Assembly (NCBI RefSeq): GCF_052425735.1
Contig: NC_135771.1
Span: 6,820,001 to 6,884,000 of the forward strand
DNA from: Oculina patagonica
Lineage: Eukaryota
Direction of reading: 5' to 3'
DNA: 64,000 nt
Of the stretch, positions 1 through 12,321 are shown piece after piece (the stretch's first letter is position 1; every line of letters starts with the position of its first letter). Below the pieces are notes generated by a model, which saw only the letters and a list, made by a program, of their open reading frames with translations, did no database searches and was not told the origin of the DNA. A program made the translations under genes and the position numbers.

Positions 1-1489
1 ATCGATGGACATTCTGCTGAAAAATATCTGGCAAGAAAATAAAGAACATTGCGGCCATTATCAGTGTCTAGCGAAGGTCTTAGTAATCTTTAGTGCGTTT
101 TGCATAGTTATTAGTAATTAGTATCAGTAATCAGCTCCATACCTTTGCTTCCACTGATGTGATCAGAGCCTGTTTTTTTACAGCCATCCATAACTGCCAT
201 CCAACGCCACATACATTCCGCCTCATGGTTGTTTTTCGCATCTCGCTAACACACTCGGCGCGAATGCAAATATTGACACCGAAAGGCAGTCAACAACAAT
301 CAACAATCATCTTCTCTATTGTTTACAGTGCGACGATTGAAAGCAGGTCCACTAAGACGACGTTATCCAATCACAGTTCAGAACGGGAACAGGATATTCA
401 ACCTTTTGCGGTTTGAGCCAATCAAAGGCCAGGTACAAAACAATAATAACATTTCAACTTGTTTATGAATTCAAGTTTTGTGAAGCGCTTCGTCGTTCGG
501 TCGTTGGATTTGTGATTCAACCGTTTCGGTTTTGGAGTAGTTTCACAACCTGGGTTTTCGCAAAACGTTGAAACATAGACTTTCCTGCACTAAACTTGGT
601 TTAGTTCGTTTTTTACTCTTACGAATAGAGAGATATTAGGTTGCTCGATGTGTGCAGCTTTTGATATTGGCGCCGGTTTCGTGATTGTCCAAAATTTGCA
701 TATTTTACGCTTAAGCGATTCAGTCGAGGTCAATTTTTCCTTTCTTACAGTTATTTTGTGATTAGCCTTAGCTTGTTCTACTAAAGCACGTGGTATTATA
801 GGCGATTCTTGTCTTTAGACTGGGTACACTCGCTTTCTCGTTTCGTTATATCAATAAAATTTACCGTGAGTATTCTTCGGTTCGCATCGATTCGGTTCGG
901 AAAGCTTTGTGCGTTAAAATAGGAATTACACGAAATTATGTCATTTGTCATGGAGACACAGAACTTTCTTTTCTCGTTATATCTGCTTACTTTACAGTGA
1001 ATTCTTCTGATGCATAAGCTCATTTTTAACTATGACTAAACTGTCATGATTATACTTTATTTATGCTAAATGAATGTTAGGTAAACAATTCAAATGCAAA
1101 TTCCTCCTTTATGCGAGCCAATAATGGTAGTGGTCCCGAGCTGTTGCCTTTTCAATGACGACGCCAAGATTGTTTTTTTAATACAATACATATGACTAAT
1201 TACCAAAATAATTATTCACGTTGTGCAGGCATTATGATTCACTGTGCCTCGTTGAGAGCAGTCGATCGAGGAAAAATGTGGAATGATTTATTATGCTGTT
1301 AAGTTTTACTGACCCGCGGACCTGCTCAGTAGAGACCTTATTAGTCAATGTGAGCTGTTGTGGGAACAGTTGTTATGCCACGTGCTTCACTCTATTGGTT
1401 AGGTACATTGAGACGTAACACCCATTGTTAATAACATCGAGAAAAATAACTTGGTTTGCTATTGGTTTACTGAAGTTTTGTTTCCTACC

Positions 1490-1634
1490 CTCCAGCGGAG
1501 ATGTTAGTTAATATTCGCTCTGAGTGTGTTTGCGACGTGCAAAATACAATCGCGATTCGGTATTTGTGGCGTTAGATGACTGTTTTTGGGAAGCTGTATA
1601 AAAACTGTTCTTGATCACATCAGAAGAAGCAAAG
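1490..1634 (+). other. Putative non-coding 5' exon of sulfotransferase copy 1, ending at donor GCAAAG|GTATTT (start approximate)
   Basis: The donor context GAAGCAAAG|GTAT is retained in all four homologous copies (1634+, ~24612+, ~142-, ~23117-); the first coding exon has an acceptor only 5 nt before the ATG, so an upstream exon must exist. Confidence 0.45.
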
Positions 1635-2118
1635 GTATTTATTGATTTTGCTGTTTTTAGCCTTATTACAACGCAAAGTATAGCGCAGATTACTAAAAAC
1701 ACCGCTCGCAATAGACAGTAAAGATGGCTGCAATATTTTGGTGACTGTACCGCAGCCTTTAAGTATAAAAATAGTCATCATCGAATAAAAGAGGTAACAG
1801 TTGCCAGTGAGACAAAAAACTTGCGTTTTACCTTGAAGCATAAAGTCTATTGATAGACAGCTTCAATATCAGAATAGATCTGTTCGAAATTTCCAGTCTC
1901 AGCGCAACATTGGTTTGCATTATGCGAAGAATGAAGATCTTTCTCTCTTAGTATTTTGGACGGCTTTTGGGAAAATTAAGGCTAAAATCCTCTCAGATTC
2001 AAACAACCATACCCACATCAGCAGTTAAGGATGCGAAAACGTATTTTCTATGTATAATGACTTATTTCGTTAATCCACGCGGATTTATATTTTTATTTGG
2101 GAATCGTTAAGAAGCTTT

Positions 2119-2153
2119 AAGATGGCGGCCCTGAAGGCGAGCCAACATGGCGG
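2119..2153 (+). promoter_or_regulatory. Two YY1-type motifs (AAGATGGCGG, AACATGGCGG)
   Basis: Match to the AANATGGCGG consensus; degenerate in the paralogous region near 25095-25135. Confidence 0.3.
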
Positions 2154-3531
2154 ATAAAAGGACGGCCTACAGTAACCGTTTAACAAAACATTTTGCTGCA
2201 TATTTAAAAACTATCTTTTTTACAACACCCACCTTGATGACTTGATTTAAGCAAGAAGTTTGGGTATCAACCTAACAAAACCCTTAATTTTACTTTAAAT
2301 CGAACGACCGATATCGCCGATGTTATGATTTAGCCTAAATGTAGTTTATCGATGGGAAACATTAAAAAACGCTGAAGTGGAGAAGTAAGCGAAACGTTTC
2401 ACTTCTTTTCATTGTGCTTTTAATATACATCAATACGGCGTTTATATAAAGCGAAAGGACTTTACTGTCGAAACGAGATGACATCGATACAACGAACAGC
2501 TTCCGAAACTGCCAGGACATTTTATAGCACCGTTCACTGGATAAAATCATGTTTAACAATGCCAGACAAGCCGCCTTATCTAAAAATGGACAAATTATTC
2601 AGTCACAGCCGAAGAATTGACTGTTAGTTTGGCAGATATCAGTAAATGAGTGGGAAAATTGTGCGTGATCATGTATAACTCCTAGCCAATAATTCCGCCT
2701 TAAATTTAAATGCACAAAGTTTTCGGACGCAATCAAAGAATTATCACTGTAAAAATAAACAGTCATATTAACGAGGGGGAAAATTGCTGTGTGTGCTGAA
2801 GTTTATAATCTGGAGTAAGCCCATTTTAAGTTATCTTTATCTCGGTTAAACGATATCTGTTGTTTCTGCCCATCCGAAAATAACAATTTCTCTTGGGAGC
2901 GAAATGACAAGGCGCGGCTATGATCTTTGTTAAATTATAGACATAGAAACGAAGGTTTTATTCCTTAATAAATATCTACAATGGCGCTTCTGTGACGACA
3001 ATCCTCCAGGTTTTCGACTCTCTTGCAAAGCTGTGAAATTTTTAAGTTGTTTGTTAAAATTGTTCGAGAGGAGTTATGACACATCTGTTTCCAATTGTTT
3101 GGTGACCGAATAATACCAGAGGCTATGCATATGCAAAATAACTTTAGGAGTACACTCTTAAGCAAGTTACATTGTAGTGAGAACTGGGATGTATCTTCCT
3201 TTATCTCATTATTTGCAATATAATCTTTAAATTTTGAAACACCTTAAGTTAGTTTATCAAATAACAAAAGTACAAGTAGTGCTTTAGAGCCATGAGACAC
3301 GTTTGGTTTACCAATATTAATACTATTGGTTTATCATTACAAATTACTAAATTAGGTTAAACTACATTTGATTTTTCAACTTTTCAGAGCAGGTTAAGCC
3401 CTTGTTTAGCACGTTGCAATTTTGCAAAAGCATTCGAGGCCTACTTGTTTAAAAGCATTAAGTAGTTAAATTTGATACATGTCCAGAAGTAACAAATTCA
3501 TCCACTCAGTCATATAGAAAAGGAAGTTGCA

Positions 3532-3803
3532 ACCACAGACAAAAGTTGTTGGGAAGGTTGTAAAAATATACCCGATTACAATGAGGCTCGCGGAATTCAA
3601 CTCATAATGACATCACTTCTTCAGGTACTATTTAAGGACCCCTGCAAACTCCCCCCCCTCCCCCCTCCCCCTCGCTCCCCTATCAATGTTGTAACCTCAC
3701 TTTACAATTTGGGTTGAGTAAGGTTGCTATTAGCTTAACTTTGAATAGGGGAGGAAAGGGGAAGAACAAAAGCGCAAAGCTTCCCAACATTTTTGTCTGT
3801 GGT
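3532..3803. mobile_element. MITE-like element
   Basis: Terminal inverted repeats ACCACAGACAAAA...TTTTGTCTGTGGT, extending imperfectly to TGTTGGGAAG/CTTCCCAACA. Confidence 0.6.
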
Positions 3804-4380
3804 GTAGGTTGGAACCTTATCAAAGAATAACAAAGAATGTCGATCAAAGAGAGTAAAGAGTAGCGGTAACCAAAATGTTTATTTCCTAGAGATTAGAGAG
3901 AGTGTTCATTCAACAACAACACGCTTTTTTGCATGGCCATAAATGCTACCATTCATCAACTTCTCATCTCCGAACTGTCTCTTTGGAGCTGTCTTTCATT
4001 ACTAAACAGCAGTTTCGTTTTTTTCACTTGTAAGGAATTACTTTTGTATAATTTGGCTGTGTGCTCTGAGAACATCCCCAGTCTAAGCACCTTTAAGATG
4101 TTGATACTTTTAATTTGTTAAATCCTTAAGGGATAACAAGCACTTTTCCTCTTTAACTAAGATGTAAGATGTAGCAAGTTATTATAACTTAATAAATTAT
4201 TATTTATATTTTATTGCTGTATTGTTGTATGTTAGAACTTTTCAAGTTGAGTATAAATCGAGAAAGTTTGTTTGTTTGTTTGTTTGTTTAGTGATCAAAT
4301 CTGTTCTTTCTAGCTTCTGTCTCACAAAATTAATCAAGCTCTTTTGTTTCAAATAGTGAAGATGATGAGAGCATCAAAAA

Positions 4381-5852
4381 TAGGGCCCCAATGGGTCCAT
4401 GTGTTTTGCTGCTAGAGCAAAGTCTTAGGGAACATGTTGATGAAAGACAAGTGAGTCGAGATTGAAATCCAACGTCTTTTATTGTCTGTCACTTGTGTGC
4501 AGGTTAATAATTGCACTATATTGTAGTCACTTTGTGTTAATTCAATCCTGATAATTTTACTGATCAAAATTCAGAAATTATAAATAATCGCACGCGCACC
4601 GGCGTACAACAACAGAAAGACGGCGTTGAACGTAACGCAAAGTTCATTTTGAAAGCGAAAGTTTACAAATAATTATTATCATTCGTCAGTCATCCCTTCA
4701 CGCATGAACACTCGTCGAATTTCAGTGTCTTCACAACAAGATCGGAAGATCGATAAGGACCAATTTTTGATTCTGCGAAAGTTCGTTTTCTTAAAGTTTT
4801 AGAAATTTGTGAAGTTGGAGGATTCACTGAGGACTGCGTAGCCGAAGATGCAGTGGCTCGCTGGACATCAAATTCTATTTTTCACGGCGTTTAATTAATC
4901 TTCACAAAATAAACATGTGGCGCCAGCGCGTCTGGCAGTCAAAAATTCATTTTTCAAAAAACTTTCCCTTTCCAGCTATTTTAGCGGGGCTTATACTATA
5001 GTACCTACCTGTCAGTCGTAGAAAAGCTGAAATTTAAGGATGAACTGTTTATTAAATGAAGACCGTATTATTTTTTAATAACTAGTAAACAAACTGGTCG
5101 CCACGCATTTAAACACGAACTGACGAATGTTGCATCTGATGCAGTGAATCTGGTGAATGAGAACTTCCTTTAATATTTCTTTGTTTTCGACGGTGTGCAC
5201 CACTGAATAAGTTTCTTTCCCATTGTGATGTTACTAGTATTAATTCGTTTCTAGCTGTCTTTTATATAGCTCGAATACAGCTACAATTAGCGGTGCAGCC
5301 TACCAGCTGTCTTTGCGTGACAAGTTACACGTTCATACATTTTATTTTAAAATATGAAGTTCAGAGTTAATACAGTACTAGTATGCTGTAGACAGTGTAG
5401 ACAAGGTGAGGGTAAGTTTATTTTCAAAGCGAAAGTTTACAAACTGTGCACTAACCGGTCCTTTGGAGAAAATATTTATGACCTTCGGCGAGGTTCCAAG
5501 TCTTCGCTCTTTTCGTAAATGATGAAAACTGCAGAATAATTTCTCATAAAACTGGAGTGGTCGCGCCACAGTTTGTTTTCTTTCCCAATGCGATATACTT
5601 TTAAATCGGTTTTCTGTTTTCCAACGTGTCCAACGTGGTTTGCGTTCGAATACTTTGGCCCGTAACTTCGAATGCGATCAGCGCTACGGTTCATTGGTTT
5701 CGATTTTGTTTGTTCATGGATTTGATTGACATCGGTAGTTCAGATTTCTCCTCTGTTACGGCACTTACACCTTACACCTTACGGTCCTTACGGCACAAAC
5801 TTCAGCTCTCAATGTGTTTTGCTTGCAGCCATTGCGGCTGCAGCAAAACACA
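4381..5852 (-). mobile_element. Non-autonomous Helentron/DINE-1-like (HINE) element inserted in coding exon 1
   Basis: Absent at the equivalent site in copies 2 and 3; 13-bp asymmetric subterminal IRs TGTGTTTTGCTGC (4400-4412) / GCAGCAAAACACA (5840-5852); extra IR at 5813-5822; short stem-loop 4383-4398 outside the other subTIR; inserted in an A/T run; short CTTAC(A/G) repeats 5764-5793. Confidence 0.75.
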
Positions 5853-6181
5853 AAAATCCCCAAAGTGGTCGTCGCTGTTGTTATTTTTGTTCTCGTAATA
5901 ATTGTTATATACATGAGCCAAAGAAATGAAATGATGAGGGAAAAGATGCCAAAAGGAGAGGAAAGAAACGACTTTGAGTTACCGACATCTGAAGCGAAAA
6001 ATAACCCCAGTATGACCCAAGCCAGATTAGAGACAAGAAACGACCCTGCGTTATCAACATCTGAAGCAAAAAGTAGCCCCACCATGGCCAAAACCAGGTT
6101 AAATGTAAGTAAACAAACTTTCAGCAATTTAATTGAAAAGTACTGAAAGATGTAACAGTTACTTTCAACATTTAATTGAAG

Positions 6182-6437
6182 AATAAATAAAATAAATTAC
6201 TTTTATTACGATACGGTAATGTTTAAAGCTTGAAGTTTGTGGGGCCGTGTATTCCTGAACGAAATGGAATTTAGAAGTGTTGGTTTTTGCGGAGCAAGGA
6301 AAACCGGAGAACCCGGAGAAAAACACTCGGAGCAAGGACGAGAACCAACAACAAACTCCACCCACATGGGACGCCGGGTCTGGAAATCAAACTCGGGCCA
6401 CATCGATGGGAGGCGAGCGCTCCCACCTCAGCGCCAT
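6182..6437 (-). mobile_element. tRNA-derived SINE with Meta-like central domain, in the sulfotransferase intron
   Basis: Minus strand: A/B-box-like head, then TTTTTCTCCGGGTTCTCCGGTTTTCC and an (ATTT)-type tail; absent from the copy 3 intron. Confidence 0.7.
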
Positions 6438-8276
6438 AAAGAGTGGTCTATTCAAACTTGATTAGTCTATTAACCCAGAAATCAGCTACCTAAAGAAATC
6501 AGAACCTAGTCCCCTGGTCCTTTTAGCAGAAAAAGGTGCGAAAACCCCGGGAACGATGATGTAGAAATTATTTATTTTTTTTTTAATTATTATCGTTTTG
6601 AAGGGAAATGAAGCGGCTGATTACAAAGGCGGAGAAGCTGGCAAGAGAGACCTTGAACAAAAACAACAATTGAGACATTTCTGTGAAAACAGAAAGCATA
6701 AAGAACCGAGTGAGGAGGGTTTAAAGCACCTCTTCGTGTTTGAGAAATACAAGCTGATGTTCTGCCTTGTACCAAAGGTTGCAACCCGTCAATGGATGCC
6801 CCTGTTGGGGGGACCTGGGGCGTATGGCCCTACTGTGAATCAGTTTCCATCAGAAAAAGCACAGCAAATGCTTCAAAATTTCTACAAGTTCATGTTTGTA
6901 CGAGAACCTTTTGAGCGGCTTTTATCGGCGTACAAAGATAAATATGTGCATCCTAGACCAGTTGACAAAGATCCCTACATCACAGTGTATGGGAGAAAGA
7001 TTATTCAAAACTTTAGGCCCAACGCTTCCAAGGCAGATCTGCAGAGTGGTTACGGTGTGAAGTGGCCAGAATTCGTAGAGTACATAGTAAATGGAGGTGA
7101 AAAAGAAGATTGGCACTGGAAGACTTATGAGGATATCTGCGGGTTTTGCGACATTAAGTATGACTTTATAGGGCATTATGAAAATCTAGAAGAGGACTCT
7201 AAGTATGTTCTTGAGCAAGCCAACTTAACTCAGCTGAAATTTCCAAAAGTTCTTCCAGCAAAAACTAAAGATGAACTAGTACAGTACTACTCACAGATTC
7301 CAAAAGATTGGATAAAGCGCCTTTGGAACGTGTATCAAGGCAGTTTCGAGGCGTTTGGCTATCCTTTTCCCGGGCCCTTGGCAAACTTGTTAGGTTCGTC
7401 GTAAACGTTGCGTTTCAAAAATCTTCAGTTATACATTTATAGCACATGTTGTTATCTTATAACAGCAGTTTTGAGATATTAAAGTACCTTTTTTACAAGA
7501 TGTTGAACTCAATTTTATCACCAAATATTGTATTTTAATGCATTCGTGTATCTTTTTTGATTCGGGTGGTGTTCTGTATTGAAGCCGTATCAATGGTTGA
7601 AATTCATAAAATATTTTTCGCGCACGATTGGTATAAACACATAACGTGATACAGCCGTGATACAGCTTTTTCGACGGCTGCATGGTATATTGAAGGAGAA
7701 TGCCCGAGGCTAAAAATTGTCCAAAAATGAACAGTTGGCCAAGGAAGGAAGCTTCGAAAGTAACTGTGAAATTTTGATGACAATCTATCAGTCAAGGGCA
7801 CTATCCTTCAATATAACAGCAAGCCAGAAGGGGGTTTATTAATTTTATTAGCCTTCGAATAATTTCTCATTTTTAACACTGTGATTTGATTAGCAAGATA
7901 GACCTTAAAAAATGACTGTGTTTTGCACTCCTCTAAAAAATGGGGCCACGGATATCAAATGGGAAAACTAATCCGTGTGTTATGTCTGATACCCGTCGTC
8001 TGATTTTGTAACACGCATTGTGTTTTGTCCGATGAGATCATGCGGACAATTTATTGGTGGGCCAACAGATAATTTCCCCCAAGTGATATTCCCCAGTTTC
8101 ATAGTTAAGGTTGTATTCAGTCAGGGTATTGATAGGTAAGGAAGAAAAACTTGAAAGCTTCAGTTTAAGCCACTAAAAATTTCTAATTCTCTACACGACA
8201 AACGAACAAATGAAAAGTGATGTTCTTAACAGCATTAGTTATAATAACTAGCAGAAATAAAAACATTATTTTGGAT

Positions 8277-8599
8277 AATCCAGTCCCTGAACTGAACATT
8301 CTGCGCCCTATAAAGGGGTTGAACCAAGGTGAGAGAAGGGAAAGTCCAGGATAACTTGCACGTGCATGCTCAAAGCAAACCAATCAATCAATCCACAAGT
8401 ACTAAATTTTTGAATTTATCATCTGTGCGTGCGCGTTTCCAAAGGATTTGTTGTATATGATTTGGTTTCTTCCCACCCCCCCCCCCCGCTTTTTTTGGGG
8501 TGGGGGGATGACGGATTTCTGAGCATGCGTATATGCAAGTTATTCTGGACTCGTTCCTCCTGCGCCTGGCACCGAAGGGAGATTTCAGGGAGTAGACCA
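8277..8599. mobile_element. MITE-like element (paralog 13512-13752)
   Basis: Imperfect TIRs TAGTCCAGTCCCTGAA...TTCAGGGAGTAGACTA, clearest in the second copy. Confidence 0.5.
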
Positions 8600-9091
8600 A
8601 TGATGGGAAATGAGATTTTTAACAACCCCCTGCCCTTCAAGACCCTCCATATACACATGTAAAGTAAGATATAATTCAGCCCCATGTGCACGCGTGTGTT
8701 AAAATCATCCTTAGTAATTATAGAGGGTCCTGAAGGAAGGGGGGAGGGGGGTCCTAAATCTCAGTTCCCAGCCCAATTTTGGTCCAAATCCCAGTTTCCA
8801 GGATAATTTTGGTCGAAATCCCAGTTCATAAACAAAAAAATAAAGTAAAAGACAGGTCTGCACTCCCCATGTGCCTTGTGGTCGCCGGTCTATGTTTTTA
8901 AAGGATTCACATTCGATCCTCAACCCTAACGGTCTATCTATATAAAGGTCACAAAACATTCTACTGCCGGGAATAGAATTGAGAACACATTTCTACCTCA
9001 ACAGCTGAAGAGAATCCCGAAGACTCGAAACCGCCAGTACTGTTAGCCACTGTAAAAATTTGCAGAAATATTTGTCGTTCACAACTCTCTA

Positions 9092-9298
9092 CATCCTCGG
9101 AGACCCAGGGGAGTTAGTGGGGCGAAAAGAAGAAATAAATCGGGCAGAAATCGTAGCGAAAGTTTTCAAGCAACGAAAGTTTTCAAGCAAGGCACGAAGT
9201 GCACTTCGTGCCGTGCTTGAAAACTTTCGGCACTACGATTTCTGCCCGATTTAGTCCTTCGTTTCGCCCCACTAACTGCCCCTGGGTCTCCGAGGATG
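9092..9298. mobile_element. Fold-back (palindromic) MITE
   Basis: CATCCTCGGAGACCCAGGGG...CCCCTGGGTCTCCGAGGATG with nearly full-length self-complementarity; flanked by ACTCTCT direct repeats. Confidence 0.8.
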
Positions 9299-10014
9299 GA
9301 CTCTCTGACACAATACCTCTAAACAACCTGAACAACGGTGTCGAAGACAGAGGCGGCGGCGTGTAGCGTTTTGGAACGTGGAGGGGGGGGGGGGGGTCTG
9401 AGACTGTCCCAAAAATACTCGACAGGTTATCATATTGGAGCAATTTTTTTCCGTTCTATCAACCTTTTGTTGTTGAAGTTTTTCTTACACCGCAGATTTC
9501 CGATGAATCTCCGATTGTTGTTCGAAGTCCATACAAACGTTTCCGATCATTTTGGAACTATTTTGAAGGTAAACGAAGTTTTCCAAGGATGTCCAAGGAA
9601 GTTTCAAAGATGTTTCACCTCCCTCACGAGACGAAATTGCTTGACAAACCTATTTTACGCTGTGTTTGCGATATTTTTTGCACCAAAACGTGGGGGGGGC
9701 TGCGTGCACCCGCCAAATTTTCGTTTCGGGGGTCCACAGCTCCCCTTCCCCCCTGCTCCGCCGGTTATGGAAGATTATCACGACATCGCACCACCAAAGA
9801 CGACGATCGTGCCAGTGACGAAAACTACGACCTTGACATGTCTGTCCTGACAATTTTGTTGAATTAAATGAGAGCATTGGGGCCTTAAACAAAATTAAGT
9901 TGAGTATAAATCGAGAAAGTTTGTTTGTTTGTTTGTTTGTTTAGTGATCAAATCTGTTCTTTCTAGCTTCTGTCTCACAAAATTAATCAAGCCATTTTGT
10001 TTCAAATAGTGAAG

Positions 10015-11567
10015 ATGATGAGAGCATCAAAAAACCCCAAAGTGGTCGTCGCTGTTGTTATTTTTGTTCTCGTAATAATTGTTATATACATGAGCCAAAG
10101 AAATGAAATGATGAGGGAAAAGATGCCAAAAGGAGAGGAAAGAAACGACTTTGAGTTACCGAAATCTGAAGTGAAAAATAACCCCAGCATGACCCAAGCC
10201 AGATTAGAGACAAGAAACGACCCTGCGTTATCAACATCTGAAGCAAAAAGTAGCCCCACCATGGCCAAAACCAGGTTAAATGTAAGTAAACAAACTTTCA
10301 GCAAATTAATTGAAAAGTACTGAAAGATGTAACAGTTACTTTCGACATTTAATTGAAGAATAAATAAAATAAATTACTTTTATTACGACACGGTAATGTT
10401 TAAAGCTTGAAGCTTGTGGGGCCGTGTATTCCTGAACGAAATGGAATTTAAAAGTGTTTGTTTTTGCGGGGGAAGAAAAACCGGAGAACCCGGAGAAAAA
10501 CACTCGGAGCAAGGACGAGAACCAACAACAAACTCCACCCACATGGGACGCCGGGTCTGGAAATCAAACTCGGGCCACATCGATGGGAGGCGAGCGTTCT
10601 CGCCTCAGCGCCATAAAGAGTGGTCTATTCAAACTTGTTTAGTCTATTAAACCAGAAATCACCTACCTGGAGAAATCATAACCTAGTCCCGGGCCTGGTC
10701 TTTTTAGGAAGAAAAGGCGCGAAGATGTAGAAATTATTTAATTTTTTTAATTATTATCGTTTTGAAGGAAGATGAAGCGGCTAATTACAAAGGTGGAGAA
10801 GCTGGCAAGAGAGACCTCGAACAAAAGGAACGACTGAGACATTTCTGTGAAAACAGAAAGCATAAAGAACCGAGTGAGGAGGCTTTAAAGCACCTCTTCG
10901 TGTTTGAGAAATACAAGCTGATGTTCTGCCTTGTACCAAAGGTTGCAACCCGTCAATGGATGCCCCTGTTGGGGGGACCTGGGGCGTATGGCCCTACTGT
11001 GAGCCAGTTTCCACCAGAAAAAACACAGCAAATGCTTCAAAATTTCTACAAGTTCATGTTTGTACGAGAACCTTTCGAGCGGTTTTTGTCGGCGTACAAA
11101 GATAAATATATGCATCCTAGACCGATTGATAAAGACATCTACATCACGGGGTTTGGAAGAAAGATCATTCGTAACTTTAGACCCAACGCTTCTAGGCAGA
11201 TCTGCAGAGTGGTTACGGCGTGAAGTGGCCAGAATTCGTAGAGTATATAATAAATGGAGGTGAAAAAGAGGATTGGCACTGGAAAAATTATGAGGATATC
11301 TGCGGGTTTTGCGACTATAAGTATGACTTTATAGGGCATAATGAAAATCTAGAAGAGGACTCTAAGTATGTTCTTGAGCAAGCCAACTTAACTCAGCTAA
11401 AATTTCCAAAAGTTCTTCCAGCAAAAACTAAAGACGAACTAGTACAGTACTACTCACAGATACCAAAAGATTGGATAAAACGGCTTTGGAACGTGTATCA
11501 AGGCAGTTTCGAGGCGTTTGGCTATCCTTTTCCTGGACCCTTGGCAAACTTGTTAGGTTCGTCGTAA
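10015..11567 (+). pseudogene. Carbohydrate sulfotransferase copy 2; exons 10015-10281 and 10768-11567, 1-bp frameshift at ~11194
   Basis: Exon 1 intact (89 codons) with canonical splice sites; TCCAAGGCA in copy 1 vs TCTAGGCA here shifts the frame to TGA at 11221-11223; the remainder is in ORF 11220-11567; GHYE is changed to GHNE. Confidence 0.8.
10358..10614 (-). mobile_element. tRNA-derived SINE (duplicate of 6182-6437)
   Basis: Near-identical to the copy 1 intronic SINE. Confidence 0.7.
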
Positions 11568-12321
11568 ACGTTGCGTTTCAAAAATCTTCAGTTATACATT
11601 TATAGAACATGTTGTTATCTTATAACAGCAGTTTTGAGATATTAAGGTACCTTTTTTACAAGATGTTGAACTCAATTTTATCACCAAATATTGTATTTTA
11701 ATGCATTCGTGTATCTTTTTTGATTCGGGTGGTGCTCTGTATTGAAGCCGTATCAATTGTTATAATCCATCAAATTTTTTTCGCGCCAGCGATTGGTATA
11801 AAACACATCACGTGATACAGCCGTGATACAGCTCTTTCGACGGCTGGTATATTGGAAGATAACATCCGAGGCTGAAAGATTGTCCAAAAATGAACAGTTT
11901 GCCGAGAAAGGGAGCTTCGAGGGCAACTGTGAAATTTTGAGGACAATCTTTCAGTCAAGGGTATTATCCTTCAATATAACTAATATACCAGCAAGCCAGA
12001 AGGGGGTTTGTTAATTTCATTAGCCTTCAATTAATTTCTACAACGCTCGAGGTGATTGGTTTACGTAATTTTTTAACACTGTGATTCGATTAAAAAGTTA
12101 GACCTTAAAAGTTGACGTTGTTTTGCACTCCTCTAAAACATCGGGCGACGGATATCAAATCGGAAAATTAATCGGTGTGTTATGTCTGATACCCGTCGTC
12201 CGATTTTAGTTCATCGCAAGCAAATTGATCAATTGAATAGAGCTGAACATTTTGAACAGAGTAGCAATATTTTTAACGCCAACAAACTTCTTTGACATGC
12301 AATTAATCTCTCTCCCAAAAT

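Larger units (their letters stand above)
1..2817. repeat. Segmental duplicate of the region upstream of sulfotransferase copy 3 (paralog 22975-25976)
   Basis: 1-290 is nearly identical to 22975-23260; colinear, more diverged similarity continues to GTTTATAATCTGGAGTA (~2817 vs ~25976). Confidence 0.9.
4362..7404 (+). pseudogene. Carbohydrate sulfotransferase (CHST11/HNK-1ST-like, Sulfotransfer_2) copy 1; coding exon 1 = 4362-4380 + ~5857-6104 split by a 1.47-kb insertion; exon 2 = 6604-7404 intact
   Basis: Type II membrane N-terminus (MMRASK.PKVVVAVVIFVLVIIVIY); phase-0 intron AAT|GTAAGT...TTTTGAAG|GGA; 5'-PSB motif PKVATRQW, 3'-PB motif FVREPFERLLSAY, DWHW, CGFCDIKYDFIGHYE. Reading from ATG 4362 into the insertion hits TAG after 17 codons. 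Confidence 0.85.

Noticed and set aside
143-226. Minus-strand ATG exon MRRNVCGVGWQLW... as a coding first exon
   Set aside because: The near-identical paralog at ~23117-23198 is frameshifted to a stop, so it is more likely untranslated.
9338-9892. 170-aa and overlapping ORFs upstream of copy 2; CATTGGGGCC resembling the Helentron end
   Set aside because: No recognisable domain; the matching subTIR is missing.
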